A DNA stretch of 32,000 nt, taken from assembly GCF_000007225.1 (NCBI RefSeq), contig NC_003364.1, positions 660,001 through 692,000 of the forward strand, in the 5' to 3' direction. Origin of the DNA: Pyrobaculum aerophilum str. IM2 (GTDB taxonomy: Archaea > Thermoproteota > Thermoprotei > Thermoproteales > Thermoproteaceae). The notes below the pieces were generated by a model, which did not search any database, was not told the DNA's origin, and was given only the letters and a program-made list of their open reading frames with translations. Both the position numbers and the translations under genes were made by a program. Positions 1 through 8,368 of the stretch are shown here, piece by piece (position 1 is the stretch's first letter; each line of letters begins with the position of its first letter).

Positions 1-1295
1 TAGTTATAGACTTGAAGAAGATTTATAAAAGGGGGTTCTGGTCGGCGGTCGCTGAGAGGTTCGGCGACCAGTGGCTCCTCAAGGCGCTGAGGGGGGAGCC
101 AGACGACGTGTTAAACGCCCTCTACCTCCTCGCCGTGGAGGCCGCGCGCTTCCTTGAAGCTCTGGCCCTGGCGACCGGCGTGGGGGTGGACGCGGTGCTG
201 GACGTGTTTGAGAACAACTCAGTGGCGGCGCTGGCCGAGGCCGTGTTTCACCGCGAGGCTGAGAGGAGGGGCTATGTAATTGAGGACTCTAGGCGCCACT
301 TCGACATGCCTTATTTCGACATGGCGAGGGGCAGGGCGCCTGGGGTGTACAAACGCGTGGCCGAGCTGGACTTCAAATCGCTGTTCCCATCGCTAGTCGT
401 GAAACACGGGGTGGACCCCACGACTGCAAGGCCCTGTTCCAACGGGCTTAGGGCAGGGGGCCTCGGCAGGTATTGTTTCGACGGGGGCCCTGTTGCCGAC
501 GTTATCCACAAGTGGCTAGACCAGAGGCTTAGCACGGGGGATAAGGCCGTTTCAGACGCACTTAAGTGGCTTATGAACGCGGGGATAGGAGCGTGGGGGA
601 AGGCCGGCTGGGGGATGATATGCGAGCCGTGTTTACTGGCTGTGAGAACTGAGGCGGCCCGTCTGTTCGACGAGGCGTGGAGGCTGTTCTCTCCTATATA
701 CGGCGATACTGATTCTATATACGTTGAGGAGGACAAGGCAGGCGGCGTGTTGAGCTGGGGGGCCTCCCTCGGGGGGCTTAGGCTGGAGCTGAGGGGGGTT
801 TGGGACGTTTTTATACTGGCGCCTGCCAGGCGCGGGGGCGTCGCCGAGAAGAACTACGTCAAGGCGGGTGGCGGCGGGCTTGAGGTGAAGGGAGGCCTTC
901 TGAGACCTCACGACGTGCCTCTGGCAGTGCGGCTTAGATACGGCGACGTGATCCGTGTGGTGGCTGAGGGCGGGGATCCCGTCGAGGCGGCGGTGGGGAT
1001 TTTGCAAAACGCGCCGCCGGAGCAATTGTTCATTTACAGAGCTGTGTGGAGGGAGAGGCTGGCGGAGATAAACAAGCCGTCTCTGTTCCACACAGCGGCG
1101 CGTTACGTCGCGGAGAGGTGTAGTTGCGATCCCGTTGACGTTTTCTACCTGCCGGGCGACGGCGTTGTTTACACGCCCTGGGTTGCCGTGGACAAAAGGC
1201 TTAGGGCCAGGCCCGCCGACGTCGAGGAAGTGAGACGCGCCGCGGCGGAGTACGTAAGGAGGCTTTGGAAGTTACGCGCCTTAAGGCTTATATGA
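1..1295 (+). CDS. Family B DNA polymerase, palm/thumb portion (5' end runs off the left edge); divergent PolB2-like
   Basis: The frame is open from nt 3 to TGA 1293-1295. The translation carries PolB motif A (DFKSLFPS), a degenerate motif B (KWLMNAGIGAWG, with the usual Tyr replaced by Ile), motif C (YGDTDS) and a KKRY-like segment (AEKNYVKA). The TTG at 12 is only the first start-like codon in an ORF that has no upstream stop inside the window. Confidence 0.8.
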   Translation, partial: VIDLKKIYKRGFWSAVAERFGDQWLLKALRGEPDDVLNALYLLAVEAARFLEALALATGVGVDAVLDVFENNSVAALAEAVFHREAERRGYVIEDSRRHFDMPYFDMARGRAPGVYKRVAELDFKSLFPSLVVKHGVDPTTARPCSNGLRAGGLGRYCFDGGPVADVIHKWLDQRLSTGDKAVSDALKWLMNAGIGAWGKAGWGMICEPCLLAVRTEAARLFDEAWRLFSPIYGDTDSIYVEEDKAGGVLSWGASLGGLRLELRGVWDVFILAPARRGGVAEKNYVKAGGGGLEVKGGLLRPHDVPLAVRLRYGDVIRVVAEGGDPVEAAVGILQNAPPEQLFIYRAVWRERLAEINKPSLFHTAARYVAERCSCDPVDVFYLPGDGVVYTPWVAVDKRLRARPADVEEVRRAAAEYVRRLWKLRALRLI

Positions 1296-1771
1296 CTTCC
1301 CACGGTTTTGTAAACGCCGGGGATTTACTAAAAGTGGCAGAAATGGCGAGAGGGCACGGCGGCTGGGTTAGCTTTGAGCTCCTTTACAAAAAATGGGGGG
1401 ATTACGCCTTTGCGATTTTAGAGGCGGCGCAGTTGCTAGGGGTTTTAAAATGGGCGAGGGAAGACGGCGCTGGCAAGACCCGCGTGGCGTACGCCCTGGG
1501 CAAGAGGGGGGCTGTTTTACTAAACCTCTTGGTAGATCCCTGCCCAATTGACGCATATATCCACAGGGGCGTGTTGAGGCTAGACACGCCTCTAGGCCCC
1601 CTCTCCGTCGCGCCGGAGCCCGGTTACATGCTCTCCGTTGCGTACAAACTGGCCGAGATCTGCGGCGGAGATCCCCGCTCCTTATATCTCAAGCTAAAGC
1701 TGGCTGTTTACAAGGCAGTTAAGAGGGCTAACGGCCTCGAGAAGTGGCTAGTGCCCCAGCTCCGACGCTAG
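1292..1771 (+). CDS. Hypothetical protein with a probable winged-helix segment, translationally coupled to the polymerase gene
   Basis: ATG 1292-1294 overlaps the polymerase stop 1293-1295 (ATGA). The product is 159 aa. The segment LGVLKWAREDGAGKTRVAYALGKRGAVLLNLL looks like a recognition helix plus wing. I recognised no family. Confidence 0.55.
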   Translation: MTSHGFVNAGDLLKVAEMARGHGGWVSFELLYKKWGDYAFAILEAAQLLGVLKWAREDGAGKTRVAYALGKRGAVLLNLLVDPCPIDAYIHRGVLRLDTPLGPLSVAPEPGYMLSVAYKLAEICGGDPRSLYLKLKLAVYKAVKRANGLEKWLVPQLRR

Positions 1772-2175
1772 TTTCAACACGGCGTCGGCAAGCCTCTTCA
1801 TGTCGCTTTCCACAAACTCTAACGCGGGATATCTGCTGAACTCCACTTCTGTCAAGGCCATTGTACTGAAATTCGTTTATAGCCACGTTGGTCAAGTCGG
1901 CGAGTTTAACTCTTGCAACGTCTTATAACGCCTTGGCTACTGCCAGCATATAGCCTGTGGGCGTGAAGGCAATTATAAAAATCGGCTGGGCCAACCCTCT
2001 TGTCCTCTCTAGTCGCCTTAACTCCCTTAAAACTCTCGGCTATGACGTGGCCGTAATCCACGGCGATGGCCGCCAGCAAGGCTCTCCACGCCTGAAACGC
2101 CCTGCCGGCGGCGTTTCTGTAAAGCCCCTGTTCTAAAAACTTAAGCGCAAGCTCCGCCTCATACCTGGCCTCCAA
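1748..2175 (-). pseudogene. PaREP1-family gene, decayed (two frameshifts plus one in-frame stop)
   Basis: ORF 1906-2175 gives MEARYEAELALKFLEQGLYRNAAGRAFQAWRALLAA, the N-terminal signature I associate with PaREP1 proteins. The rest of the family-like sequence continues in other frames. IIAFTPTGYMLAVAKAL ends at TAA 1923-1925. The same frame then resumes with LADLTNVAINEFQYNGL. A third frame gives TEVEFSRYPALEFVESDMKRLADAVLKLASELGH, ending at TAG 1748-1750. Confidence 0.55.
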
Positions 2176-2247
2176 CAGCCTCCCCTCTTATAACCCGCCG
2201 GATCTCTCCAAGGCTTTAAAAGCTCTAACACCACAAGCCCCGTGCCT

Positions 2248-3546
2248 CTAAGTTTTGCAGAGAGACGTCTCGAAGATATCGCCTAAGTCGAGGAGCCATT
2301 TGGGCTTTTCCCCCAAGGCCCTCCGCGCCACTACGTAATAATTGCCCTCTCTGTACCCGCTCTTCTTTTTCAAAGTTCTCAACGCCCTCTCGGCGTCGTC
2401 TACAGTTAAGTCAGCCCACTTTATTTCAAACGCTGCGAATTCCCCGTCTCCGAGGCAGGCCAGGTCTATTTCCACATCTCCCTCCCAATATCTGCCGCAG
2501 ATTCCCGCGGCCCTTACGAGCCCCCGCTCCGAGAGCCTTGGGAGGGCTCTGCGCACGATCTCCTCATAGGCTCCCTGCATGTACCTGTCTATATCTATAT
2601 TAACAAAGCCGCCCAGCTCCACGAGCTCTCTGTTTCTGTACACTGCCCTTATCCAAAACCGTATATACAAGTCGGAAATTAAGTAAATCGGCCTTGCCCT
2701 CCCCCACAACGGCGCCTCCCTCCTGACTACCTCCAGCCGCTCTAAAACAGACAGATATTTGGCCAGAGTCTGCGCCGGTATGTGCGCCCTCTGGGCGATT
2801 TCGGAGTAAGTAGTTGCGCCCTCGTCAATTGCCCTAACGATATTTAAATAGACGTGGGGCTCCCGTACTTCAAAACGGAGTAGGTTCTCCGCCTCTTCAT
2901 AAAGGGGGCCCCATTTGGAAAACAGCCTCTCGAGATTACGCTTCAGCGGCGCCTTGGGGTCGAAGAGCGAAAGGTAGTGGGGTATGCCGTTTGTCACTGC
3001 GTACGCCACGGCGAGATCCTCGGCGCAGTAGGGGAGCAAGTCTTTTACTACGTACGGGGGGAACGGCCCCAGCCTTAACTGCGCAGTCCTCCTGCCGAAG
3101 AGCTCCCCGCCGTAAGAAAGGCTCTTCTCTACTAAAGAGGCTGTGGAGGAGAGAAGTATTAAAAACAGCGGACTTCTCGCAGACACAACATCCCACAGCT
3201 GTTGTAAACTGGCCAGTACTCCCGGCTCCTCCTCAACCCAGTAGGTGAACTCGTCAACGGCGAGTACGAATTTGCCGGCCTCCGCCAGAGCCTCAGCCAC
3301 CGAGTCCCAGTCAGCCTTCACATATTTACTCAACGCCTTTGATAGGGCCTCCGCCAGCCTCTCCAGCTCCACCTCAAGGGGCTGACGCAGGGCGTGAAAA
3401 TAAACGCCCCTCTTCCCCTCTAGAAACCGCCTCACAAGCCAAGTCTTGCCCACCCTCCTCCTCCCGTATATAACCACGAGATGGGCGCGCTCTTCTCTGT
3501 ACAACTCCTCTAGAAACCCCAGCTCTCTTTCCCTGTCAATAAACAT
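2248..3546 (-). CDS. Archaeal AAA-type ATPase (COG1672 / Arch_ATPase with DUF234-like C-terminal region)
   Basis: 432 aa with Walker A YGRRRVGKTWL and Walker B FVLAVDEF. The overall layout is typical of the large paralogous archaeal ATPase family. An AT-rich promoter-like stretch lies just upstream (3547-3600). Confidence 0.85.
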   Translation of the reverse strand: MFIDRERELGFLEELYREERAHLVVIYGRRRVGKTWLVRRFLEGKRGVYFHALRQPLEVELERLAEALSKALSKYVKADWDSVAEALAEAGKFVLAVDEFTYWVEEEPGVLASLQQLWDVVSARSPLFLILLSSTASLVEKSLSYGGELFGRRTAQLRLGPFPPYVVKDLLPYCAEDLAVAYAVTNGIPHYLSLFDPKAPLKRNLERLFSKWGPLYEEAENLLRFEVREPHVYLNIVRAIDEGATTYSEIAQRAHIPAQTLAKYLSVLERLEVVRREAPLWGRARPIYLISDLYIRFWIRAVYRNRELVELGGFVNIDIDRYMQGAYEEIVRRALPRLSERGLVRAAGICGRYWEGDVEIDLACLGDGEFAAFEIKWADLTVDDAERALRTLKKKSGYREGNYYVVARRALGEKPKWLLDLGDIFETSLCKT

Positions 3547-3650
3547 AGAAGAAAAAAATCAGAAAGATAAAAATCTTCAAGAAAAAAATCTTGCATAATT
3601 CGATGAGCAAAAGGCTCTTACGGGCGCCAAAAGCCAATGCGGGAGAAAAG

Positions 3651-3658
3651 TTAAAAAG
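3651..3658 (+). promoter_or_regulatory. TATA box of the tRNA gene
   Basis: TTAAAAAG is centred about 25 nt upstream of tRNA position 1 (3679), which is the expected distance for an archaeal TATA box. Confidence 0.6.
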
Positions 3659-3678
3659 CCGTGAAGTTCTAATAACCA

Positions 3679-3772
3679 GGGCCCGTAGCTTAGCCAGGTA
3701 GAGCGCCCTGGGGCCCAGCCCCGCGCAAGGCTCATAACCGGGCGGTCCCGGGTTCAAATCCCGGCGGGCCCA
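3679..3772 (+). tRNA. tRNA with anticodon CAT (elongator Met or Ile2), containing a 20-nt intron inside the anticodon stem
   Basis: Manual fold: acceptor GGGCCCG/CGGGCCC, U8, D stem GCTT/GAGC with a GG D-loop, T arm CCGGG-TTCAAAT-CCCGG, variable loop CGGTC, discriminator A. Removing 3709-3728 gives anticodon stem CCCGG/CCGGG and loop CTCATAA (CAT at 3733-3735). The mature length is 74 nt plus a 20-nt intron, which equals the 94-nt span. G1:C72 rules out an initiator tRNA. CCA is not encoded. Confidence 0.85.
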
Positions 3773-3773
3773 C

Positions 3774-3779
3774 TTTTTT
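3774..3779 (+). terminator. Oligo-T terminator after the tRNA
   Basis: A T6 run starts 2 nt after the discriminator base. Confidence 0.6.
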
Positions 3780-3794
3780 CGTGAAATTGTACGC

Positions 3795-4729
3795 GTGAGA
3801 GTAGCCCGGCCTCACCAGCGCTTCTTAGCAGCGTTGTGGAAATTTATTTATCGTGCCAGTCTGTTAACATTGCCCCCCAAGTGGGATGAGGAAGAGAAGA
3901 AGGGGAAATGGACTCACAGCTTTGAGGCAACGTGGCGGGAGTTGCAGGACACCTCTCCCAAGTCTACTCCATATGTGACGTATGGCTTAATTGCCGCAAA
4001 CGTCATTATGTTTATCGCCACTTGGGGGCTGTGTTTGATAATCCTTGGACTGTTGGGATTACGGCGTCGGAATTTGTGGAAAACCCGCTTAACCCCAAGG
4101 TAATTCTCTCCATGTTTGCCCACGCCGGGATATTTCATATATTGGGCAATATGCTTTTTCTGTATAAATACGGCGATAACGTCGAGGCGGCAATGGGGAG
4201 GCTGAGGTACCTCCTCTTTTACTTGGCTTATTGCTACGTGGCAGTGGCGGCGCAGATGTTGTTCGCCTCAGCTACGGGCTTGCCGAGACAAATGCTCGCT
4301 CCTATGGTAGGGGCGTCGGGGGCTATAAGCGGGGTATTAGGCGCATATATATACCTCTGGCCCGGATCATCCACTTACAGGTGTTTCTGTATCCGTTATG
4401 CGTGTTATTGTAGAAAAATGGCGGCTCGCTATGATATAGCAATATGGGCTGGCTTTCAATTCCTATTGCCGTTGCTAGAGCCTTCCGTCGCGGTGTTTGC
4501 CCACACGGGGGGTTTAATTGCTGGCGTTGCATTGGCGCCTTTATTTGCCAAGCGGGAAAACGTGGAAAGGCTGAGGGAGGACATAAGAGAGGGAAAGTTC
4601 CGGGGCCTCCAGCCTGAGGAGGACGAAGTAATAATAAAGGGCTGGGACGGCGTTGTCAAAGCCGTGCTTGCGGCGGTTGTGTTCGTAGTACTAATCATCG
4701 CAATTCTCGGCGTTAAGAGCCACACGTGA
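3795..4729 (+). pseudogene. Rhomboid-family intramembrane serine protease, interrupted by a 1-nt frameshift in a G5 run
   Basis: The catalytic core is in the frame of ORF 3932-4729: HAGIFHILGNMLFL, GASGAISG (Ser) and AHTGGLIAG (His). The expected TM1 (TPYVTYGLIAANVIMFIATWG) is in the frame of ORF 3795-4103. The frames switch at GGGGG 4024-4028, and one extra G restores a single ORF (935 nt + 1 = 936). The N-terminal start (GTG 3795) is uncertain. Confidence 0.75.
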
Positions 4730-4741
4730 CAAGTATACTCG

Positions 4742-5059
4742 GTGAAATTTAAGTCGAGTGGGTACGTGGAAGAGGCGGTTAAGCCAGGCCCGCCGCGACC
4801 CATGACTGTGGAGAAAGTTGTCGTTTACTCGGAGAGTTGCTACCCCATGACTCAACTGCCCACATGCACCTTTCAAAACGGCCAAGTGTACTGCTCCTCG
4901 ATTATAATCCCGGGCTGCCCCGTTGTGGACAGGTATATTTTAGTCAGACACGGCCCCGCCACTAATGCGGGCGTGGTCGCCTCCATTGCCGCGTTAGCCG
5001 CCATATCGCTTCAACTCGCCCGGGCGGTAAGGACGCAGAGGGAGTGGGAAATCCTCTAG
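4742..5059 (+). CDS. Hypothetical Cys-rich protein with a C-terminal hydrophobic anchor
   Basis: This ORF is supported only by its reading frame. The alternative start ATG 4802 gives MTVEKVVVY. The C-terminal segment AGVVASIAALAAISLQLA looks like a transmembrane helix. I recognised no family. Confidence 0.3.
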   Translation: MKFKSSGYVEEAVKPGPPRPMTVEKVVVYSESCYPMTQLPTCTFQNGQVYCSSIIIPGCPVVDRYILVRHGPATNAGVVASIAALAAISLQLARAVRTQREWEIL

Positions 5060-5191
5060 TGCCCGCGGCGCATCGCCTTGCCTAGCCTAGGCGTAAGGGC
5101 AACAGGAGGGGTAATGGAGCCATGCGTGAGGCGGGCGATCCCAGCACGCAAGTTGCAAGTCATTCTTAAATTTCGCAGTCGGGAATAGGCT

Positions 5192-6112
5192 ATGCGCTAC
5201 AGAGAGTCCATGGGGCTTAGGATCTCTGAAATAAGCTTCGGCGGTTGGGTCGTGGGGAGCGACTTGTACAAAGTCGACGACGACACGGCCAAGCGGTTAG
5301 TGAAAAGGGCAATAGACCTCGGGATTAATTTCTTCGACACGGCTGACGTATACGGAAGAGGGAGGAGCGAGAAGTTGCTGGGGGAGTGGCTGAAGGGACA
5401 CGATGTGGTCATCTCAACAAAGGTGGGCTACGATTTTTATAACGGGCCGCGGCCCGAGAGGAGATTCGACCCAGAGTATTTAGAATTTGCCGTCGCCAAG
5501 TCTTCAGAGAGGCTTGGGGTTAAGCCCCGCCTCTTGATGTTACACAACCCCCCTCTCGGGGCTATAAAAACATCGGCGCGATACGTCCTGGCTAAAAGAG
5601 GCCAGTGGGCGGATTACATAGGCGTCGCCCTAGGCCCCGAGACAAACGTCCTAGCCGAGGGCATAGCAGCGCTTGAGGAGGGGTACGACGCGTTAATGTT
5701 TGTATTTAATCTGCTGGAACAGGAGCCGGGGCTGGAGTTAATTAGGCGAGGCGCTGGCAGAATACTCCTCGCCAGAGTTCCCCATGCAAGCGACGTGTTG
5801 ACAGACCGCTTCCGGCCCGAGTTCCCGCCAGATGATCACCGCTCTTTGAGGAAAAGGGAGTGGTTGCTAAAGGCCAGGAGGCTCGTTGAGGCAGAAATTA
5901 TCCCCTTGGCTAAAGAGCTCGGCCTAACGCTGGGGCAGTACGCGCTTAAATTCGTCCTCTCCTTTCCGATCACCAGTGTCGTCATCACGGCCACCTCTGT
6001 CGAAGAACTTGAGGAATACGCCGAGGCTTCAGACGGCCGCCCGCTACCCAGACACCACCTCCAAAAAATCGCAGAGTTCTGGTCGGCGAATAAGACTGAG
6101 CTAACCGCCTAA
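5192..6112 (+). CDS. Aldo/keto reductase family oxidoreductase
   Basis: 306 aa. The N-terminus LRISEISFGGW..., then INFFDTADVYGRGRSEKLLGEW and a later KVGY segment, are typical AKR signatures. Confidence 0.85.
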   Translation: MRYRESMGLRISEISFGGWVVGSDLYKVDDDTAKRLVKRAIDLGINFFDTADVYGRGRSEKLLGEWLKGHDVVISTKVGYDFYNGPRPERRFDPEYLEFAVAKSSERLGVKPRLLMLHNPPLGAIKTSARYVLAKRGQWADYIGVALGPETNVLAEGIAALEEGYDALMFVFNLLEQEPGLELIRRGAGRILLARVPHASDVLTDRFRPEFPPDDHRSLRKREWLLKARRLVEAEIIPLAKELGLTLGQYALKFVLSFPITSVVITATSVEELEEYAEASDGRPLPRHHLQKIAEFWSANKTELTA

Positions 6113-6651
6113 CTCCCCTCCTTGGGCTTTAGCCCAAAGGCGGCTATTATGGCGAATATAAGCCCAATTACAATGATAATTAATCCGACCAGTATTACTG
6201 CGAGCAAGGCGCCAATCCACACAAAAGTCGCCGCCTTACCGAAGTCCCCCACGCCAGTGGCTTTATGTAGCGCTTCCAGCGCCCTCTTTTCAAAATAAGC
6301 GGATATAATGATTATCACCCATGTGAGAAACCACACCGCTACGAAGATGTATACCCAAGACCAGAAATCTCTGGGGAGGGCAAACGGGTTAAAAATAGCC
6401 GTATGCATTAACCAGCCGGCAAAAGCGACGACCAAGACAACCATCCCCACAAGCCCTGCAATAAAGGCGTAGAGGTAGTTATTGAAAATTTCCCTATTCC
6501 CGTAATAATCCGACAGCCCGTGCGCGCCTACTAACAACAACACCCAGCCGACTAGGGACACAACTCCTAAGTCTACAAAAACCGTAAATGTGCCGATCAG
6601 CTGGAGAATCAGCCCAACAGCGAACAGTATTTTTGAAGTCTCGAAGTCCAT
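6109..6651 (-). CDS. Multi-pass integral membrane protein (possibly DUF996-like)
   Basis: 180 aa with 5-6 strongly hydrophobic segments. ATG 6649-6651 is preceded by an AT-rich stretch. The gene is convergent with the AKR gene, with a 4-nt overlap. Confidence 0.7.
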   Translation of the reverse strand: MDFETSKILFAVGLILQLIGTFTVFVDLGVVSLVGWVLLLVGAHGLSDYYGNREIFNNYLYAFIAGLVGMVVLVVAFAGWLMHTAIFNPFALPRDFWSWVYIFVAVWFLTWVIIIISAYFEKRALEALHKATGVGDFGKAATFVWIGALLAVILVGLIIIVIGLIFAIIAAFGLKPKEGS

Positions 6652-6675
6652 ATTGAAAAGAAATACAGAATTTAT

Positions 6676-7077
6676 TTATTTTACGAGATCTAAGGCGAAT
6701 TTAGTAATCGCCCAGGGGTCCCACCTCCCCTGTGGGAGATACGCCTCGCCCCTCGGCATTTTCGCCGCCTCTACGGCATTTTTTGGGCCCAAGACGGCGC
6801 ATATCGCCTCCCTCTGCCCCGCCGCAGATAACGACAAGGCATCTCTAATCTGGCTAGTCTTCGCCAAGAAGACAAGCGCGGAGATGTTCAAGTCCCTGGC
6901 CGGACCCCTCCAGTGAAGGGCGTAATAAAGCGCTTGCAGAAGCTCCCTCCAGTCTGCTACGGCTTCTCGCTTTATGCACACCGCCACGGCGCCCTCGGCC
7001 TCTATTTTGATTTTTTCAGGCGGCGACTCAAAGGCCACGGACTCAGAGCGGAAGCATAGCTCTCCGCTACAGATCAC
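6676..7077 (-). CDS. Hypothetical protein
   Basis: 133 aa. GTG 7075-7077 lies about 24 nt downstream of the TATA-like TTTAAATA (7097-7104), as expected for a leaderless gene. I recognised no family. Confidence 0.5.
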   Translation of the reverse strand: MICSGELCFRSESVAFESPPEKIKIEAEGAVAVCIKREAVADWRELLQALYYALHWRGPARDLNISALVFLAKTSQIRDALSLSAAGQREAICAVLGPKNAVEAAKMPRGEAYLPQGRWDPWAITKFALDLVK

Positions 7078-7149
7078 GGGGCTGTGTTTACGCCGCTTTA
7101 AATACGTGGCGGCTGTATGTTTAATAAAGAAAAATCGAAAACGCCTCTT

Positions 7150-8316
7150 ATGAAAAGGGTGGTGATAGTGGGAGGGGGAGTGGCGGGGATAACGGTGGCT
7201 AAAACGCTATTGGAAGGGAAAATGCTGGCGGAAATCACAGTAGTTAACAACACGCCGCATTACTTCTCGGGGCCTAGCAGGCCGCTGATAATAACACAGG
7301 AGCAGTCCCTCGACCGCATTGTGAGGAGTTACGAAGAGGTCGCGAGGAGGGGGATCAAGGTGGTCGTTGGCACGGTTTACTCTATTGACCCAGCCAATAG
7401 AGTTGTGAAGCTGGTCGGCGGCTATACCTCAGACGGCGGCTTGAAGGAGTTGAAATACGACTACTTAGTGCTGGCCCCTGGGATAGTGCTTGACGGCTCT
7501 CAAATCACAGGATATGAGAAGTACAGGGGAAACGTCCTCAACGTCTACGACCCCGGCAGAGTACACGCCTTGAGAGAAAAGGTGTGGAAGGCCGAGAGGG
7601 GCACGGTAGTGGTGTACGCCCCAAAGGCCCCGTATAGGTGCGCCCCCGCGCCCACGGAGACCGCCCTTGCTATAGATGCCGTCCTTAGATATAGAAAAGT
7701 AAGAGACAAGTTCAGGATTATTCACATCGACGCCAACGACAAGACGCAACCCCCAGTCTTAGCAGACGTCGTGGCTGAGATTTACAAAAAACAAGGCGTT
7801 GAGCTCGTCACGGGCCAGGAAATTGTCGAAATAGGCGAGAACTACGTAGTGACTAAAAGCGGCGAGAAGTACCAATACGACATATTGGCAATGCTGGAGC
7901 CAAACAGAACGCCTAAGTTTATAACAGAGGCCGGCCTGGGAGGCAATTTTATTGACGTGAGATCTCCACAAGACCTCAGAAGTCCCAAATACGACGACGT
8001 ATTAGCCGCGGGCGACGCCGCAGGCTTGCCATTCCCCAAGAACCAAGAAATTGCCTTTGAAAGCGCTTTATTCGCCGCGAACAAGATATTAGAAATGGAA
8101 GGCCTCAGCTACAGAGCCTCTGTGCAATACGCCTTCCTCGGCTGGGCCTATGTGGGGAACCCAGAGGGCCGACTTGAAACTCTCTCTGTAATGTTCGGCC
8201 TAGACTTCACCTCCCAGCCGCCGAAGCCAACAAAGGATCCACAGCCCAAGAGGGAATACACCGAGAGAAAAGACGCTTGGGAGCAGAGCTACCTCAAAAA
8301 CCTATTCGGCTACTAA
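7150..8316 (+). CDS. FAD-dependent pyridine nucleotide-disulfide oxidoreductase, sulfide:quinone reductase / flavocytochrome c-like
   Basis: A Rossmann N-terminus ([18 protein letters not shown]) sits at the start. The Cys motif [12 protein letters not shown] resembles SQR/FCSD proteins, and AAGDAAG is a second FAD motif. ATG 7150 is preferred over ATG 7117 because the TATA-like TTTAATAAAG (7119-7128) lies about 25 nt upstream of 7150. Confidence 0.8.
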   Translation: MKRVVIVGGGVAGITVAKTLLEGKMLAEITVVNNTPHYFSGPSRPLIITQEQSLDRIVRSYEEVARRGIKVVVGTVYSIDPANRVVKLVGGYTSDGGLKELKYDYLVLAPGIVLDGSQITGYEKYRGNVLNVYDPGRVHALREKVWKAERGTVVVYAPKAPYRCAPAPTETALAIDAVLRYRKVRDKFRIIHIDANDKTQPPVLADVVAEIYKKQGVELVTGQEIVEIGENYVVTKSGEKYQYDILAMLEPNRTPKFITEAGLGGNFIDVRSPQDLRSPKYDDVLAAGDAAGLPFPKNQEIAFESALFAANKILEMEGLSYRASVQYAFLGWAYVGNPEGRLETLSVMFGLDFTSQPPKPTKDPQPKREYTERKDAWEQSYLKNLFGY

Positions 8317-8368
8317 CTTTTTGCTTATACCCTAGACTCTGTCACCTAGTTTTTCATCGCACGTTATA

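Noticed and set aside
311-1091. Two minus-strand ORFs (311-736 and 633-1091) inside the polymerase gene. Similar antisense ORFs lie inside the ATPase, radical SAM, ABC and dehydrogenase genes.
   Set aside because: They are shadow ORFs opposite genes with clear family motifs. Their translations are Ser/Pro/Arg-rich and low-complexity.
3536-3757. A 73-aa minus-strand ORF covering the AT-rich promoter region and the tRNA gene.
   Set aside because: It overlaps a well-folding tRNA and a low-complexity A/T tract. Its translation (IFFLKIFIFLIFFF) is not protein-like.
6109-7077. ORFs 6676-7077 and 6109-6651 are also in the same frame, separated by a single TAA.
   Set aside because: The 8 intervening codons are an AT-rich promoter-like stretch. 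The two products (one soluble, one polytopic membrane) show no sign of being one protein.
8341-8368. A second C-box-like GCGATGA (minus strand, 8351-8357) just downstream of the C/D candidate.
   Set aside because: The C box is imperfect, and no D box (CUGA) lies at the required spacing. Only a CAGA follows after 12 nt, with nothing beyond it.
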